Source: Heterodontus francisci (Eukaryota). Taken from it: 64,000 nucleotides of DNA. The DNA is taken from positions 53,039,339-53,103,338 of the forward strand of contig NC_090373.1 of the NCBI RefSeq assembly GCF_036365525.1, given 5' to 3'. The translations under genes were made by a program, and so were the position numbers. The notes under the pieces were generated by a model, which was given only the letters and a program-made list of their open reading frames with translations, was not told where the DNA came from and ran no database searches. Of this stretch, positions 11,060 to 24,008 are shown piece by piece (position 1 is the first letter of the stretch; each line of letters starts with the position of its first letter).

Positions 11060-13170
11060 TAGAACAATAGGCCAGTTAGCTTGACGTCTGCCATGGGCGA
11101 GGTGTTAGAATCGATAATTAAGGAGTCTACAGCTGGGCCCTTAGAAAAACTCAAGGTAATTGGGAATAGTCAGCATGGCTTTGTGAAAGGGAGATCAAGT
11201 TTAACCAATTTATTGGACTTCTTTGAAGGAGTAAAATGTACTGTGGATAAAGGCGAGCCCGTTGACATACTATACTTGGATTTCCAGAAGGCATTTGACA
11301 AGGTGCTACATAAAAGGTTATTGCGCAAAATAGGAGCTCATGGTGTAGTGGGTAACATATTAGCATAGATAGAAGATTGGCTGGCTGGCAGAAATCAGAG
11401 AGTATGCATAAATGGGTCCTTTTCTGATTGGCAGGATGTAATGAGTGGAGTCTCGCAGGGGTCTGTGCTGGGACCACAACTTTTTGCAATTTATACCAAT
11501 GACTGAGATGAGGGGAGCAATGGCATGGTAGCTAAGTTTGCAGATGATACAAAGATAGATAGGAAAGTATGTTGTGAAGAGGACAAAAAGAGCTTGCAGA
11601 AAGATAATAGATAGGATGATAGATTGGATAAAAATCTGTCAGATGGAGTATAATGTGGGAAAATGTGAAGTTATTCACTTTGGCAGGAAGAATAAAAAAA
11701 CAGAGTATTACTTAAACGGGGAATGACTGCAGAACGCCGAGGTGCAGAGGGATCTAGGTGTTCGAGTGCATGAACCATAGAACAATGATGGCACAGAAGG
11801 AGGCCATTCAGCCCATCGTGGCCGTGCCGGCTGAAAAAACTAGCCGCCCAATCTAATCCTACCTTCCAGCACCTGGTCGATAGCCTTGCAAGTTACAGCT
11901 CTTTCAAAAGAATTGAGGGTTTCTGCCTCCACCACCATTCCTGGCAGTGAATTCCAGACACCTACCCTGGGTGAAAATTTTTTTTTCTCATGTCCCCTCT
12001 AATCCTTCTACCAATCACCTTAAATCTGTGTCTCCTGGTAACTAACCTCCCCACAAGTTCTTCCCGTCTACTCTATCTAGGCCCCTCATAATTTTGTACA
12101 CCTCAATTAAGTCTCCCCTCAGCCTCCTCAGTTCCAGGGAAAACAACCCTAGCCTATCCAATCTTTTCTCATAGCTGCAACTTTTAAGCCATGGCAACAT
12201 TCTTGTAAATCTGCTATGTACTCTCTCCAGAGCAATTATGTCATTTCTGTAATGTCATGACCAGAACTGTACGCAATACTCCAGCTGTGGCCTAACCAGC
12301 GTTTTATACAGTTCCAGCATCACATCCCTATTTTTGTATTCTATACCTCGGCCAATAAAGAAAAGCATTCCATATGCTTTCTTCATCTCTCTATCTACCT
12401 GTCCTACCACCCTCAGGGACCTGTGGACATACACTCCAAGGTCTCTCACTTCTGCTACCCCTCTCAATATCCTCCTGTTTATTGTGCAACAAAATGTTAG
12501 TATGCAGATACAGCAAGTAATAAGAAGACTAATGGAATGCTATCCTTTATTACAAGAGGATTTGAAAATAAAAGGAGGGATGTTATGCTTCAGTTATACA
12601 GAGCATTGGTGAGACCACATCTTGAATACTGTATGCAGTTTTGGTCTCCTTATTTAAGGAAGGATGTGAATGCATTGGAGGTGGTTCAGAGAAGGTTTAC
12701 TAGATTGATACCTGGAATGAGCGAGTTGTCTTATGATGAAAGGTTGGACAGACTGGGCTTGTTTTCACTGGAGTTTAGAAGAGTGAGGGGAGACTTGATG
12801 GAAGTATATAAGATCCTGAATGGTCTTAAGGTGGAAGTGGAAAAGATGTTTCCTCTTGTGGGGGAGTCCAGACTAGGGGGCACTGTTTTAAAATTAGGGG
12901 TCGCCCTTTTAGGACAGAGATGAGGACATTTTTTTTCTCTGAGTGTTGTGCGACTTTGGAACTCTCTGCCTCAGAAGGTGGTGGAGGTGGGGTCACTGAA
13001 TAATTTTAAGGCAGTGGTGGATAGATTCTTGTTAGGCAAGGGAATCAAAGGTTATCAGGCTGGATGGGACTGGAATTTGAAACACAAACCGATCAGCCAT
13101 GATCTTCTTGAATGGCGGAGCAGGCTAGAGGGGCCAAATGGCCTACTTCTGCTCCTAATTCGTATATTCA
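11060..13170 (+). mobile_element. CR1 LINE (RT region to 3' end), split by an antisense CR1
   Basis: YLDFQKAFDKV, QGSVLGP, KFADDTK and YRALVRPHLEYC motifs; the sequence gtgcatgaa...caaaatgttagtatgcag is interrupted at 11777-12483. Confidence 0.92.
11777..12483 (-). mobile_element. CR1 3' fragment nested antisense in CR1
   Basis: ORF 12255-12467 RDLGVYVH...YKTLVRPQLEYCVQFWS, plus tail. Confidence 0.9.
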
Positions 13171-13655
13171 TATCTCCCATGAGACCCATGATAGTAATTA
13201 AAATCTAATATTTTAACACTAATGATTTAATTCCTAATGTGATAATTACCCTGCAATGTACAGGTAGCAGATTATATTTTTCATAAATAATCGTGATTAC
13301 GATGTAACATACAGGCAATGCAGTCTATACTCCAGTGTGATAATTATACTGTAGTGTAGTACAGAATATATTTCCAATATGTGAATAATCACAATGTCTC
13401 ACAGAGGTAATTTGTACTCCTGCTGTGAGAATAATTGGAACTAGGCAACAGTGTGACATTTTTGTCAGTTCCAATACCAACTATTCTCTGACCTCTCTGA
13501 GATTGCCACCTACGTGCTGTTTGAATTTCATGATCGCTGAATTTCATGTGGGTCAGGGAATAGTGAGGATCCTATTTAAATACAGAAGTGTATTATTTCT
13601 GTGCAGCTCTTTTACTAATGAGGATGATGCTGTCACGGTTTATGTTGTGTTACAG

Positions 13656-13727
13656 GTGAACCCGGGGAAAAGGGGCAGAAAGGAGAGCCTGGAAGGCTAG
13701 GAAAAGTTGGCCCAGTTGGACAACCAG
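13656..13727 (+). CDS. COLEC11: Collectin-11 coding exon 2 (collagen-like)
   Basis: tacag|GT...CCAG|gtgact; 72 nt, phase 1-1; encodes GEPGEKGQKGEPGRLGKVGPVGQP. Confidence 0.95.
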
Positions 13728-14726
13728 GTGACTAATACAAGATTTTCTACAATTAGTTGAACATCTAATCCGTAAATGTGCTGCTAAATGTTTTCCCTAC
13801 ATTTACAAAATTAGCTCAGCAGCTTACTGTTCAGAGTGAACTGTACTTTTAGCATGTTGCCTGCACTGCATTGACATATCTGGTTTAACAGCTACTGGCA
13901 CTCCTCTACCCACTGATTCAGATGGGAGACTATCTTACAATTTGTTATTATAATGCTTCATTCATCCTTGAGTGTAAAGCGATATGTAGCGCACATGCTT
14001 TCCAGCGGCTTACTAAGCTGCTCAAAAATTTGTGAAATACAACAACAATGTAAAAGAAATGCGAAGAAAGAAAGGAAAATGGATGTAATTTCACACTTGT
14101 GATTTTTCCATATGGCATGTTCCCAATCTCGGTTTTGTGTGGAGGTGCTGAGTGGGCCAGGTGTTAAACAAAGAAAATTACGTAATGCTTTGCTGTAGGT
14201 GTTAATGATAACAAAGTAAATGTGACTAAATTGCTGACCACATTCTCAAAGACAGCTCACAGACTTAATTGAGTGAAATATTAGCTAACAAGTGACATGC
14301 ATGGGTGATGAAGTTGCAAGCGTAAGCATTTTTTTCAATATAAACATATTTAAATATAAACCTTTGTCAAGATTGACACCTAAAGCTGGGTTGGGTGAGA
14401 ATTACTGCCATCAGGAGTTGGGATACATTGCAGGTTTGCAAAATGTTACAGTAATTTCCATTAAACTTTGCTGATTCCTAATGTGCCAATGCTAATGTGG
14501 TGTTGGAGAAGTGTGAAAACATCAGTATTGCAGATAAGTCATGAATGGCAAGGTTTCTACAGTTATTATTCGTGAATTCCTGTTTTACAAGTTTAACAAT
14601 GATTTTTTTTGTTTGGCAGGTGATATATCTAAATAATCATGAGAAAGTGTATTTTTGAAAGAATCAAAATACCTCTTTGATGATAAACCAGTTGGCAACA
14701 AATTAGTCGACAGAGACTAACTCATT

Positions 14727-15410
14727 GGTCGGGGTTTTGTGTGGCCCCCGAGGCGTGGTTGGAGGATGCGCACAGAGTATTACGATGGCTGGCGGGGTGT
14801 TGGAGGGTCCGTCTCCTCTCCGTCGCCAAGTGATCTTACCGGAACCGACGATGGCCTTCCCAACCAGAGGCCAGTTGAGGCCCTTAAGTGGCCTATTAAT
14901 GGCCGATTAACGGCCTCTTCCTGCCGCTGCTGGGATCTCACCAGTGGCAGGGGGTGCATCCGCCGCATGGGGAGGATGCCTTGTAACAGGAGGCATCCAC
15001 CCTGCAGGCTGGGGTGGGGGGAGGGGGGTGACACCCCCTCCCCCTGGACTGCATGACAAACCCCCCACCTCCTCTTGCCAGGGCCTTCCGGACTGGCCCC
15101 GGCGACTGCACCTCACTCACCTTGGGTCTGGGGTTCCAGCACTGGGCCTGGGCCTGAGGCTTCTGCAGTACCGGTAGTGACCACCGTTCCCAGTGGCGCA
15201 ACCGATATTGCTGAGCTGCCAGCCAGCAGCTCTTGGAGGCGAGATCCCTGTCTTTAAAGGGATGGGGATCCTGGCTCCTGAAACTTAGATTTAAAAAGAC
15301 TGGAGGACTGCTCTGGTTGGGGGGAGGGGGATACAAAAAGACAGAAGTGAGCTCTCCCCTGCCTTTTCAGCCTGGCGTTGGGAGTCCCGCCTCCAGCACA
15401 AAATCCAGCC
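14727..15410. mobile_element. Non-autonomous Harbinger-like MITE
   Basis: Imperfect TIRs ggtcggggttttgtg / cacaaaatccagcc; ATT on both flanks; GC-rich interior homologous to 35870-36302. Confidence 0.7.
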
Positions 15411-16192
15411 ATTGATGCCAACTTCATGAAAAGTGTTGTACTATTTTTTCATTTTCTAAATACCTATAAACATAAAATATCACATTAAAATGCCTCTATC
15501 ACTTAAAGATATCATGGCAAAAAAATTGCTGACTCTTGTTCCTCCTCAAACAAAAAAAAATAGACGTCACCGCAACAAACCGTCAGAGTTAATTGCTCAC
15601 ACTGAAAATTGTGTGGACCTCAATTTCTTCCTCCCTCTGTGTGACAAACTTTAATTCAAAGTTATAAATTCTACATTGAAAGGAGACTTGTTTGTAGAAT
15701 ATAAAATGATATGTGAAAATGCTAATATTGAATGTTAATGCATATGCTGTGGAATGTTTAATTGACAGGTTCATTTTTCAATGGTCCACCAGTCTGCACA
15801 GCTTCTGGTAATAAAAAGACAGTTTTCATTTCTGCATTAGCCTCGAACATGTTCATTTTTGTCTCCAGTGTATCCATTTTGTTACTTTATAATTCCGCGA
15901 ACATAATGCAAAACATTGTGAGGACTAAATTTGATAGCACCCCAAAACAGGCATGGGGCTCTTGATGCACGATTAGTCCTGCGACATTTGATTCTGATGC
16001 AGGCAGCACGTCAACTTTATATTGCCTGCTCATGTCATTTCAGTGTCCAGCCAGTGCTCACTGTGCTGTTGAATGCAAGTGGCTGGCACCAGTTAAAGCT
16101 CGCCTGCACTGCCTAAAGGGGAGGGGTATTCTGACTGGAGTAGGTGCTGAGAGTCATTCAGGAAGTGAATCTGACCTGGGAAACATTGAAGA

Positions 16193-18068
16193 ATGGCACA
16201 ACAGAGACAGCAGGCTCCAACATTTTTGGACACTGCATTGCAGCCTTGGTGAAAGAGTGCACAGGAGCAGTGATGTCTTATATCTGCAGGGTACCAGGAG
16301 GCCCTCCAGACACATGCTCAGAAGGCAATGGGAGCAGATAGCCGTGGAGGCCAATGCCAGGAGTCAAGCCCCAAGGCTCTGGATACAGTGCTGCAAGACA
16401 TTCATGACCTTGCATGAGTGGTTAAGGTCAGCGAATGCATCTTCAAATGTTATATTTTAACAACTGCATCACTATCCTCAGACACTGCTCAAATCACCAA
16501 ACCCCTATCACTCACCTACCAACAATCTCCAATCAGAACTCGTAACTAACATTTACCTCACCCTCACATAATTAACACTGCTGTTAGCCTCACACCTACA
16601 TCTCACAAGTTGCACCTACTACCAGCTATTGAACCATTACAGCCACATCACCCAAACAGATTGCACGACACTCACTTTACACACTGCTCTCTCTTTTGTA
16701 GTACAAGGTGATGCAAAAGCGGAGGCAGCAGGAACTAATCTGAGCGGGACAGGAGTGCCTGCATATCCAAACCTCCATGGAGGAGGTGGCACTGGCCATC
16801 GTTGGGATGACTATTCCTGAGGCCATGGTCAGCAGTGGGGCTGAAACCATAGGAGATGATGGTATCTTCATACCTAATCCTCCTCCTCACATCCCATCCC
16901 CCATTTCATCCCCCATCTAATTCCACATTTTCTTTTGATTTACAAGCTGCAGATGGTGTAAGCATGCACCGCTTACTTCCCTCCACCCCCCCGCCCACAT
17001 CTTCCTGAACCACAGCCTTACCCTTGTGCCTTTCTCCTTTCAGATACCCAAGACGTGCAAGCTGACCAGGCAGTGGAGGGACACCAAGAAGACAGTGATG
17101 ATGAAGTCACAACACGATCACTTGATTTCACACTCACAACCAGTAGGTCAGATACTGACATAATTTAGAGGATAGCATAGGAGCGGGATCTGCATGCGGT
17201 GAGACACTGGGCACAGGTGGCCTGCAGCAAAGGCAGGGGGCAAGGGTAGCACAGATGCCAGCTCGCTGGAGGGTGAGGCCGCATGCGGATTCTGTTGCAG
17301 AGGACTCAGATGAGCACGTCGTGGGGCAGCCTACTGAAGAATGCTGATGACTATGCACAACAAAATGCTTCATGCATTTGGAAGCTGCCAGAAAGCCTGT
17401 GGTCAATGAGCATGGAGGATTTCAGCACCAACTTGGCAGAGGGCTTTGTGCAGAGCTTGGAGCTCATCCTCTCCAGCAACTCCATTCGCACACTTTTGGA
17501 CAATGATGCAGCATCTGCTGGCCTACATTGCAACTTCCATTGCCGCACAAGCAGTAGCCACCCAACATCTGAATGCTGCAGTGGCAGCTCAGATTGCTGT
17601 CATGCAAAGTCAGGCTGCCATCAACATGGTTGTGGATACCAGTGCACAAAGTGGCTTGCAGGGTGTCACAGCAGTCCATAAATCCTCCAACACATTACTA
17701 AGATGGCTGAGGCACCACCCCAGAGGAATGGCAGTGACTCCATGAAGCACAAACCTGCTGTTGTCTCTCAGGAAGACAGCATTTATCCTCCCACTGCTGC
17801 CACTCCACCAGTCCCTTTACTATTTTCTATTAGCCAGCCAGCCTGGACTGCTGCCACCCATGCTGAGATGGCCAAGTCCACAGTCAGACTTTCTAGGCCT
17901 AGAGCTGCTCGGGTTCATCCTCCAAGGCCATCTGCAGTCTCTTCCACTGAAAGTCAGCAGCCTTCCACCAGCCATGCTGCAGCCACTGAGGTGCCACTGC
18001 ATAGCAGCACTGGGCCAGGTAAAGGCACCCACAAGACAGGCACTAAGGGAATGCACAAGGATGATTAG
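16193..18068 (+). pseudogene. Harbinger Myb/SANT-like DNA-binding protein gene, decayed (3 exons: 16193-16426, 16702-16861, 17044-18068)
   Basis: WEQIAVEANARSQAPRLWIQCCKTF trihelix-type motif; GT-AG boundaries visible; frameshifts and stops present. Confidence 0.75.
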
Positions 18069-18224
18069 TTAATTTTTTTAATGCAATATGGCATGATTTG
18101 ATTTATAAATTTGGTTTGGAATGTTTTTCTTTTGCATTGTGGTCAAGCAGACACTGTGATGGTCAGAAAGAGGGAAGGAAGGTACGCTGTGGGACGATTG
18201 GAAAATGAGGAATTGGGGTTGAGT

Positions 18225-18468
18225 TCACTGGTACTGCAGTTGGATGAGTCGATCACGGACAGCCTAAGCAGAAAGGAGCTGTGTTGTTTGCCTCTTCCCT
18301 TCCTCCTCCCCCTCCTCCTCCTCCTCAGCTGGTCTGCATGTAGCTGGTGGCAAGTCCTGTCCCCCCCATGATGGCAAGTTTGTGCAGCATGCAGCAGACC
18401 ACCATGAACCTTGACACTCGCTCTGCTGAGCCCTGCAGGGCTCCTTCAGAGTGGTCCAAGCAGCAGAA
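18225..18468 (-). pseudogene. Harbinger DDE transposase C-terminal remnant
   Basis: FCCLDHSEGALQGSAERVSRFMVVCCMLHKL resembles the HARBI1-family C-terminus, followed by an acidic run and AVRDRLIQLQYQ-stop. Confidence 0.8.
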
Positions 18469-18559
18469 GCCAGGGGTTAGTGCGGTAGGTGATGAACGAC
18501 TTTTGCTTACTTCAGGGCTTCTGCACAAACCAGTTACTCACAGGCAGGGATGCACTAGT

Positions 18560-21397
18560 AGGCATTCCCCTTGGCATGCCTTTACCTCTCCAGTGCTTCT
18601 CTGCAGTGCTACCTCAGTGGCTGCAGTATGGCTGGTAGAAGGCTGCTGACTTTCACTGGGGGAGACTGCAGATGGCCTTGCAGGGCGACCTTGAGCAGCT
18701 CTGCTTCTAGAAGACCCAGCTGCACCAGCTCGGCATGGGTGGCAGCAGTCTGGCTGACAGGCAACAGGAAGGGCACTGGTAGAATGGAAGTAGGAGGACG
18801 AATGCTGTCTTCCTGAGAGAGGACAGCAGGGTCGTGCTCCATGGAGCCAATGCCACTCCTCCGGGGCGGCGCCTCAGCAATCCTAGTAATGTGTTGGTGG
18901 ACAGCTTGCTGGACTGCTGTGACACCCTTTGAACACTGGTACCAGCAGCTATGATGTCAGCACGCTGAGCTTGCATGATATCAGTCTGAGCTTGCAAGGC
19001 AGCACTCAGATGTTGGGTGGCTTCTGCTTGTTCTACAGTGGAAGCTGAGGCATTGGCCATCAGATGCAAGGGTTCTCGTGGAGTTGGCCACCGCTTCCAG
19101 ATGGAGAGGGTGGGCTCCAGCTTTGCGCAAACCCTGTACCAAGTTGATTTCCTGTGAGCTAGCACTTGTGCTACCTATGTCCCCTGCCCTGGCTACATGT
19201 CCGGTATCTCACCATGTTCAGATCCTGCCTCTAAGCTGTCCTTCAAAGTACCCACAGTGGTAGTATCTAAACTGGTGGCTGCAAGTATGAGATTGAGTGA
19301 CGGTATTTATTCATCACTGTCTTCCTGTTCTTCCAGCTCTTTTTTTTTTCCACTGTTACCCAGCCAGGTTGCAGTTCCTGGGTATCTGAAAGGAGAAAGG
19401 CACAAGCTTACATCATGTGCAGCTTGTAAATTAGAAGAGACTGTGCAGTGAGGGGGAAGTGGGATGTGAGAAGGAGGATTAGGTATGAGCATACTGTCAT
19501 CTTTGATGGTTTCAGCCCTGCCCCTGGTCAAGACTGCTTCAATAATGGAACCACTGTCAGGGATGCAGTTTGCCAAACCCGATTCCAACATCCTTGACAT
19601 TGGGATAATATTGAAACTCATTGCTATCCCAAAGTCACGAAAACCAGCTCACGATCCCAAAAGCTATCATCCTATCATCCTTCTGTCTATGTCTGCAAGG
19701 TGGTTGAGCAGCTTGTCCTTAACCAGATAAAATTGGTTTTAGAAGCTGCCCTGCCAAACGAGCCAGTGGGTTTCAGAGAAGGAAGAAGCTGCTATGACCA
19801 GGACCTTGTAATCACTACCAACATTGAGGCAGGTTTCCAGAAGCAGATGAAGACGGGAGCTGTCTTCATAGACTTGTCATCAGCATATGATACTGTCTGG
19901 CTGGCACATCGGCCAGCTGATGAAGCTTTCAATAATTATTCAATGCAGCAAAACTCTTAGGGCTATCAACATCCATTCATGTTTCTCTTGGTGACAAGAC
20001 TAGCCTGACATGGATGCTCAACAATGGTCTGTCACAGTAGTCAGTCTCAAATCGGCCTTTTTCAACGTCCATATGGCAGACATGAAGTTTGTCTATGCCA
20101 ATGCCTTAGCACTGCTGACACAGGCATCAACACTAGAGCCTCAATCCAGAGAAGACAGCTGTCTTGGCATTCCATCTGATCAATGCTGCTGGGAAAGAAC
20201 TCAACATTTCCTTCAGCGGAAGGTGACTTACCCATGAACCCACCCAGAATACCTGGGTGTTACCCTGGACAGGACTCTCGCCTAACTCAACACCGTCCAA
20301 AAACCAGGGTGATCCTGGCCTGCAAACTCACTGGAATGTCATGGAGAGCACAGCCAGAACACTTTGAATTGCAACAGTGGCCCTAGTCTACTCTGATATA
20401 GAATATTACTCTGCCTCATGATCCTGTAGCCACCACCCCAAAGCTAATGGACATGCAGTTAAATGCTGCCATGAGGACAGTGTCAAGGTCACTTACGTCC
20501 ATTCCAACTGAGTGGCTCCCAGCGTTGTCCCACATTCTCCCACCTGCCATTTGCCATGACACCGTTGTACTTCATGAGATGGAAAAGCCATGAGCAACAC
20601 TGGCCTTCCTATTCACCAAGACTTGAAAAAAGCCACTAAGAAAGCATTTTAAATCGTGCCAGCCATGCTGGAAAATAGCAGCTCTTATTCATGCAGCTGG
20701 TATTGACCCACTATCCGGATGGAAGGAATCATGGGGTACATGCAACTTAAAAACAAAACACCTCATAATTGACCAAGAGATCCCTGGCTTCAACCACCCT
20801 TGAAGACAGTGGACAGTGCTCAACAGAATCTGCACAGTGCATGGCTGATGTGGCCACCTGCTTCATAAGTGGAAGATGAGGGAAGACTTGAAGTTTGATT
20901 GTGGCCATGAGTCCCAGACCATTAAACACATCACATCAATCTGCCTATTATGATCTCTTGTGGGAGGCACTTCATTTCTCCACTCGGCATCTCAGGAGGC
21001 CATTAAATGGATAGCTAAACTCGGCATCCTATTATAAGTTTCCGTCATATGAAAGTAGTAGTATTGTTGATAGGTGCTCGATGTGGGTGTGTGTATTTAG
21101 CAGTGGATGATGCTCCTTGCGCAGTTGGTAGGATATGACAATTGAGGATGAATTCACTGACCTTGACCACTTGTATGAGGTCATTGAACTTCTTGCGGCA
21201 CTGCATCCAGGTCCTTGGGGCTAGACTCCTGGCACTGACTGACATGGCTATCTGGTTCCATTATCTTCGCAAAGTTTGCCTGAAGGGCCTCCTGGTCCCT
21301 GTGGATAGATGACACTACTGCTCTCTACTTCCTGCACCTAGGCCCCTCGTGCAGTTTTGGAAAATCTTGGACCCTATTCTCTACCATGTTGTGCCAT
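18560..21397 (-). pseudogene. Second, inverted Harbinger Myb/SANT gene copy, interrupted by Vingi
   Basis: ARSLAPRTWMQCRKKFNDLIQVVK|gtcagt (exon ends 21162); same acceptor ctttcag|ATACCCA as copy 1, near 19385. Confidence 0.75.
19549..21063 (+). mobile_element. Vingi-like (Ingi group) non-LTR retrotransposon remnant
   Basis: IAIPKSRKPAHDPKSYHPI, GFREGRSCYDQ..TTNIEAGFQKQMKTGAVFIDLSSAYDTVW, C-terminal WTVLNRI..(C)DCGHESQTIKHI; short tail catatgaaagtagtagta. Confidence 0.75.
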
Positions 21398-22750
21398 TTT
21401 TGTATCTTTCCCAGGTCAAAGTCTTCCAGCAGCTGCTCCAGCCAAAATGTACCTCCCCTTTAAGAGGTACAGGCTTTCTTTAAATAGTGCAGGCTAGCTG
21501 TAACTTCTGCTAGTCTTTCACAATTTTGCACCCTCTGCTCAGGTGTGCAGCCACTCAACAGCACGCTTAGTGCTGTGCAATCATTTAAATGAGCATGCAG
21601 CCTGCACTGAAAGCAAAGAATACGTTTTAATTGTGCATCGTGATTCCTGCACCCATTTTTAGGTGTTATCAAATTTTGTTGCCAGTGGATGCTGGGATAA
21701 TTGGAGCTTTCCCGACTGTAATTGGTAGCTTTTTGTGAAGTGACGGTATCAAAGGATTATGGAGCTAAGGAATGGGGTTTATGTATGGATCAGGCATGAT
21801 CTAATTGAATGGTGGAGCAGACGTCAGGTAGTGAATAGCTTATTTCTGTTCTTAAGTTCTGAAAGAATGGGGAAAAAATCAACAGGAGTTCCATTATTAC
21901 AACTAGTGTTATGCTTAATGGTATTATCCATTTATCGCAAATGTGTTTTTGTAGAATTCCTGTGCCATATTCCCACAGGCTCAGAAATTGGCTTCTTACC
22001 AATTCCTTAGTTCCCAGTGCCTGTAGAAGGCTTTGCTGAAAATGACATCCTTTCTGTGGTTATGATGTTAATAACTAAAGTAAATATAGGTTAAGAATGA
22101 AACATAGAGCCCTTAGTCTATTGTGACTATATATCCAAAATAAATATGAATTCTACATATTAATGTATCAGGTTGGGATATGAAATATGCTTGTTGTGGC
22201 CTAATTCATCTGAAAATAACTAATTCATCATGATCTTCTGAATTCAGAAAATGAACAATTCCCCCACAAGCTGTGTTTCTTGTTTGTACCACCCAAGCAG
22301 TGTTTAACAGCCACTGCATGTCACATGAACATAAATGAATCTTCAAGCAGTTATTAGCTCAACAACTGCAACATGGCTTGTTTTAATGATCACTGTAAGT
22401 GGTGAGGCTTTTGTTTAGAATAAAGGACAGGAGGTCACACACTAACATAGGTCAGCCAGAGAATGAATTCACTGACTAACTGGTTATTCCATGTGTTTAT
22501 ATTTATTTGTATTTATGGATCAAATGTCAGTTTTTGAAATATTTCTCTCTAAATCTGTGAGGATCTCCAAAGTTTTGGAACAAAAGTTCAAGGCTCATCT
22601 TTTGCTACTTTTCAACAGAAGTGTTGAGATCTGCCACTAGAGTGACGATTAAATCACTCTCACTTAAAAAAAACTATAATGTTGTTGCTAATGAATATGT
22701 TCATTATATTCATTGTACTATAGCTTAAAACAGTGCAGCTAAATCATAGG

Positions 22751-24008
22751 CAGTGTTTGGCAACATGTCCGGAAATGGACACCAATGTCCATAGGTAAAA
22801 AATTCTGAGGTCTGTGACTGGTAATTTCAGGGATGAGAAATGTTCGCCAAATGGCGGATTTCCAACATTGGGATTTTTGGTAGTCCATCTACTTATTTCC
22901 GACCAGACTAGCTTTAAAAAAAATTGAAACTATCAGTTTCACAGCTGACAAGTGCTGAAAGCATAACAGCAGTTTCCAAACTTTGTGGTTTTCTGGCAGA
23001 TCCCAATTTTAAAAAAAAAGCCTGCTGGAAAACCATGAAGCTGTCCAAAGTTTGGAAACCGCTGTTCTGCTCTCAGCACCTGTCAGCAGTGAAACTGACA
23101 ATTTTGATTCTTTTTAAAGTTGGCCAAACACGTAGCTGCTCTGGTGTCAGTTCCCACTCTCAGCAACTGTCAGAGAGAGTGAAGGACAGAGAGAGAGAGG
23201 AGGTGGGGGGGGGAACAGAAAGAAAGAGAGAGAGTGGGGCAACAGAGAGGGACAGGAAGAGAGAGAGGGGGAACAGACAGAGAAGGAGGGACAGAGATAG
23301 AGGGAACACAGTCAGAGAGAGGGGGGACAGAGAGATGAAGACAGAGAGAGTGAGAGAGAGGGGAGACAGACAGAGACAGAAAGGGGCAGAGAGAGAAGGG
23401 GACACAGAGAGGAGAGACCGAGAGGACGGATAGAGAGAAAGAGAGGGACAGAGTGGGGGGCATAGGGAGAGAGGGGGGGAACTTCGCAGGGATGACACAG
23501 AGAAGGGGAGGACAACACAGAAAGGGGAGAACAGCACAGAGAGGGTGACAACAACACAGAGATGGGAGGGAACGACACAGAGCAGGGAGGGAATGACACA
23601 GAGGCTGGGACAACACAGGGGGAAAACGGGGGATAACATAGAGAAGGGGGAACAGAGAGAGAGAGAGGAAGGAGAGAGTGATCAAGATCATTCCTGACAG
23701 ATGGACATCTGTCCGGAATACTCTGCAACGCTACAACAAGTGTGCGGGCAGACATTGACTGCTTGTGCAAACAAATCCAATGCCAGGTATCTCACTGAAT
23801 CAATGTCCAACATAGTGATGAGAAAGTAAGTCAATAAATTAATCTTCTCATTTAAAGCTGCTTCACAAAAATGCACATTTGTTGTTGTTTTGATTAATAG
23901 TAAGATAAATTTTTAATGCCTTTATCTTTCTGAAATTGTCTCACAGGCCCCCTATGTAAGACAAAAATTGTAATGTGCCCCCCCACGTGAAAATATTGGA
24001 CAACTCTA
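22751..24008. mobile_element. Possible hAT-like non-autonomous element
   Basis: Weakly inverted ends cagtgtttggcaaca / tattggacaactcta; no clean 8-bp TSD. Confidence 0.3.
23172..23680 (+). repeat. AG-rich low-complexity/microsatellite tract
   Basis: Degenerate (GA)n/GACAGA, then roughly 20-bp gacaacacagag-type units. Confidence 0.9.

Larger units (their letters stand above)
15921..21683. mobile_element. PIF/Harbinger composite with two inverted arms
   Basis: Termini aggactaaatttgatagcacc... / ...ggtgttatcaaattttgttgcc are inverted. Internal inverted homology (e.g. 17740-18050 vs 18560-18850). Contains Myb/SANT and transposase remnants. Confidence 0.85.

Noticed and set aside
16032-18528. 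Domesticated host genes (MSANTD/NAIF1/HARBI1) nested in the intron
   Set aside because: Frameshifts, stops, truncation and flanking TIRs indicate decayed transposon genes.
22924-23770. Long ORFs (152-173 aa) on both strands
   Set aside because: They arise from an AG-rich low-complexity tract lacking stop codons (ER- and LS-rich translations).
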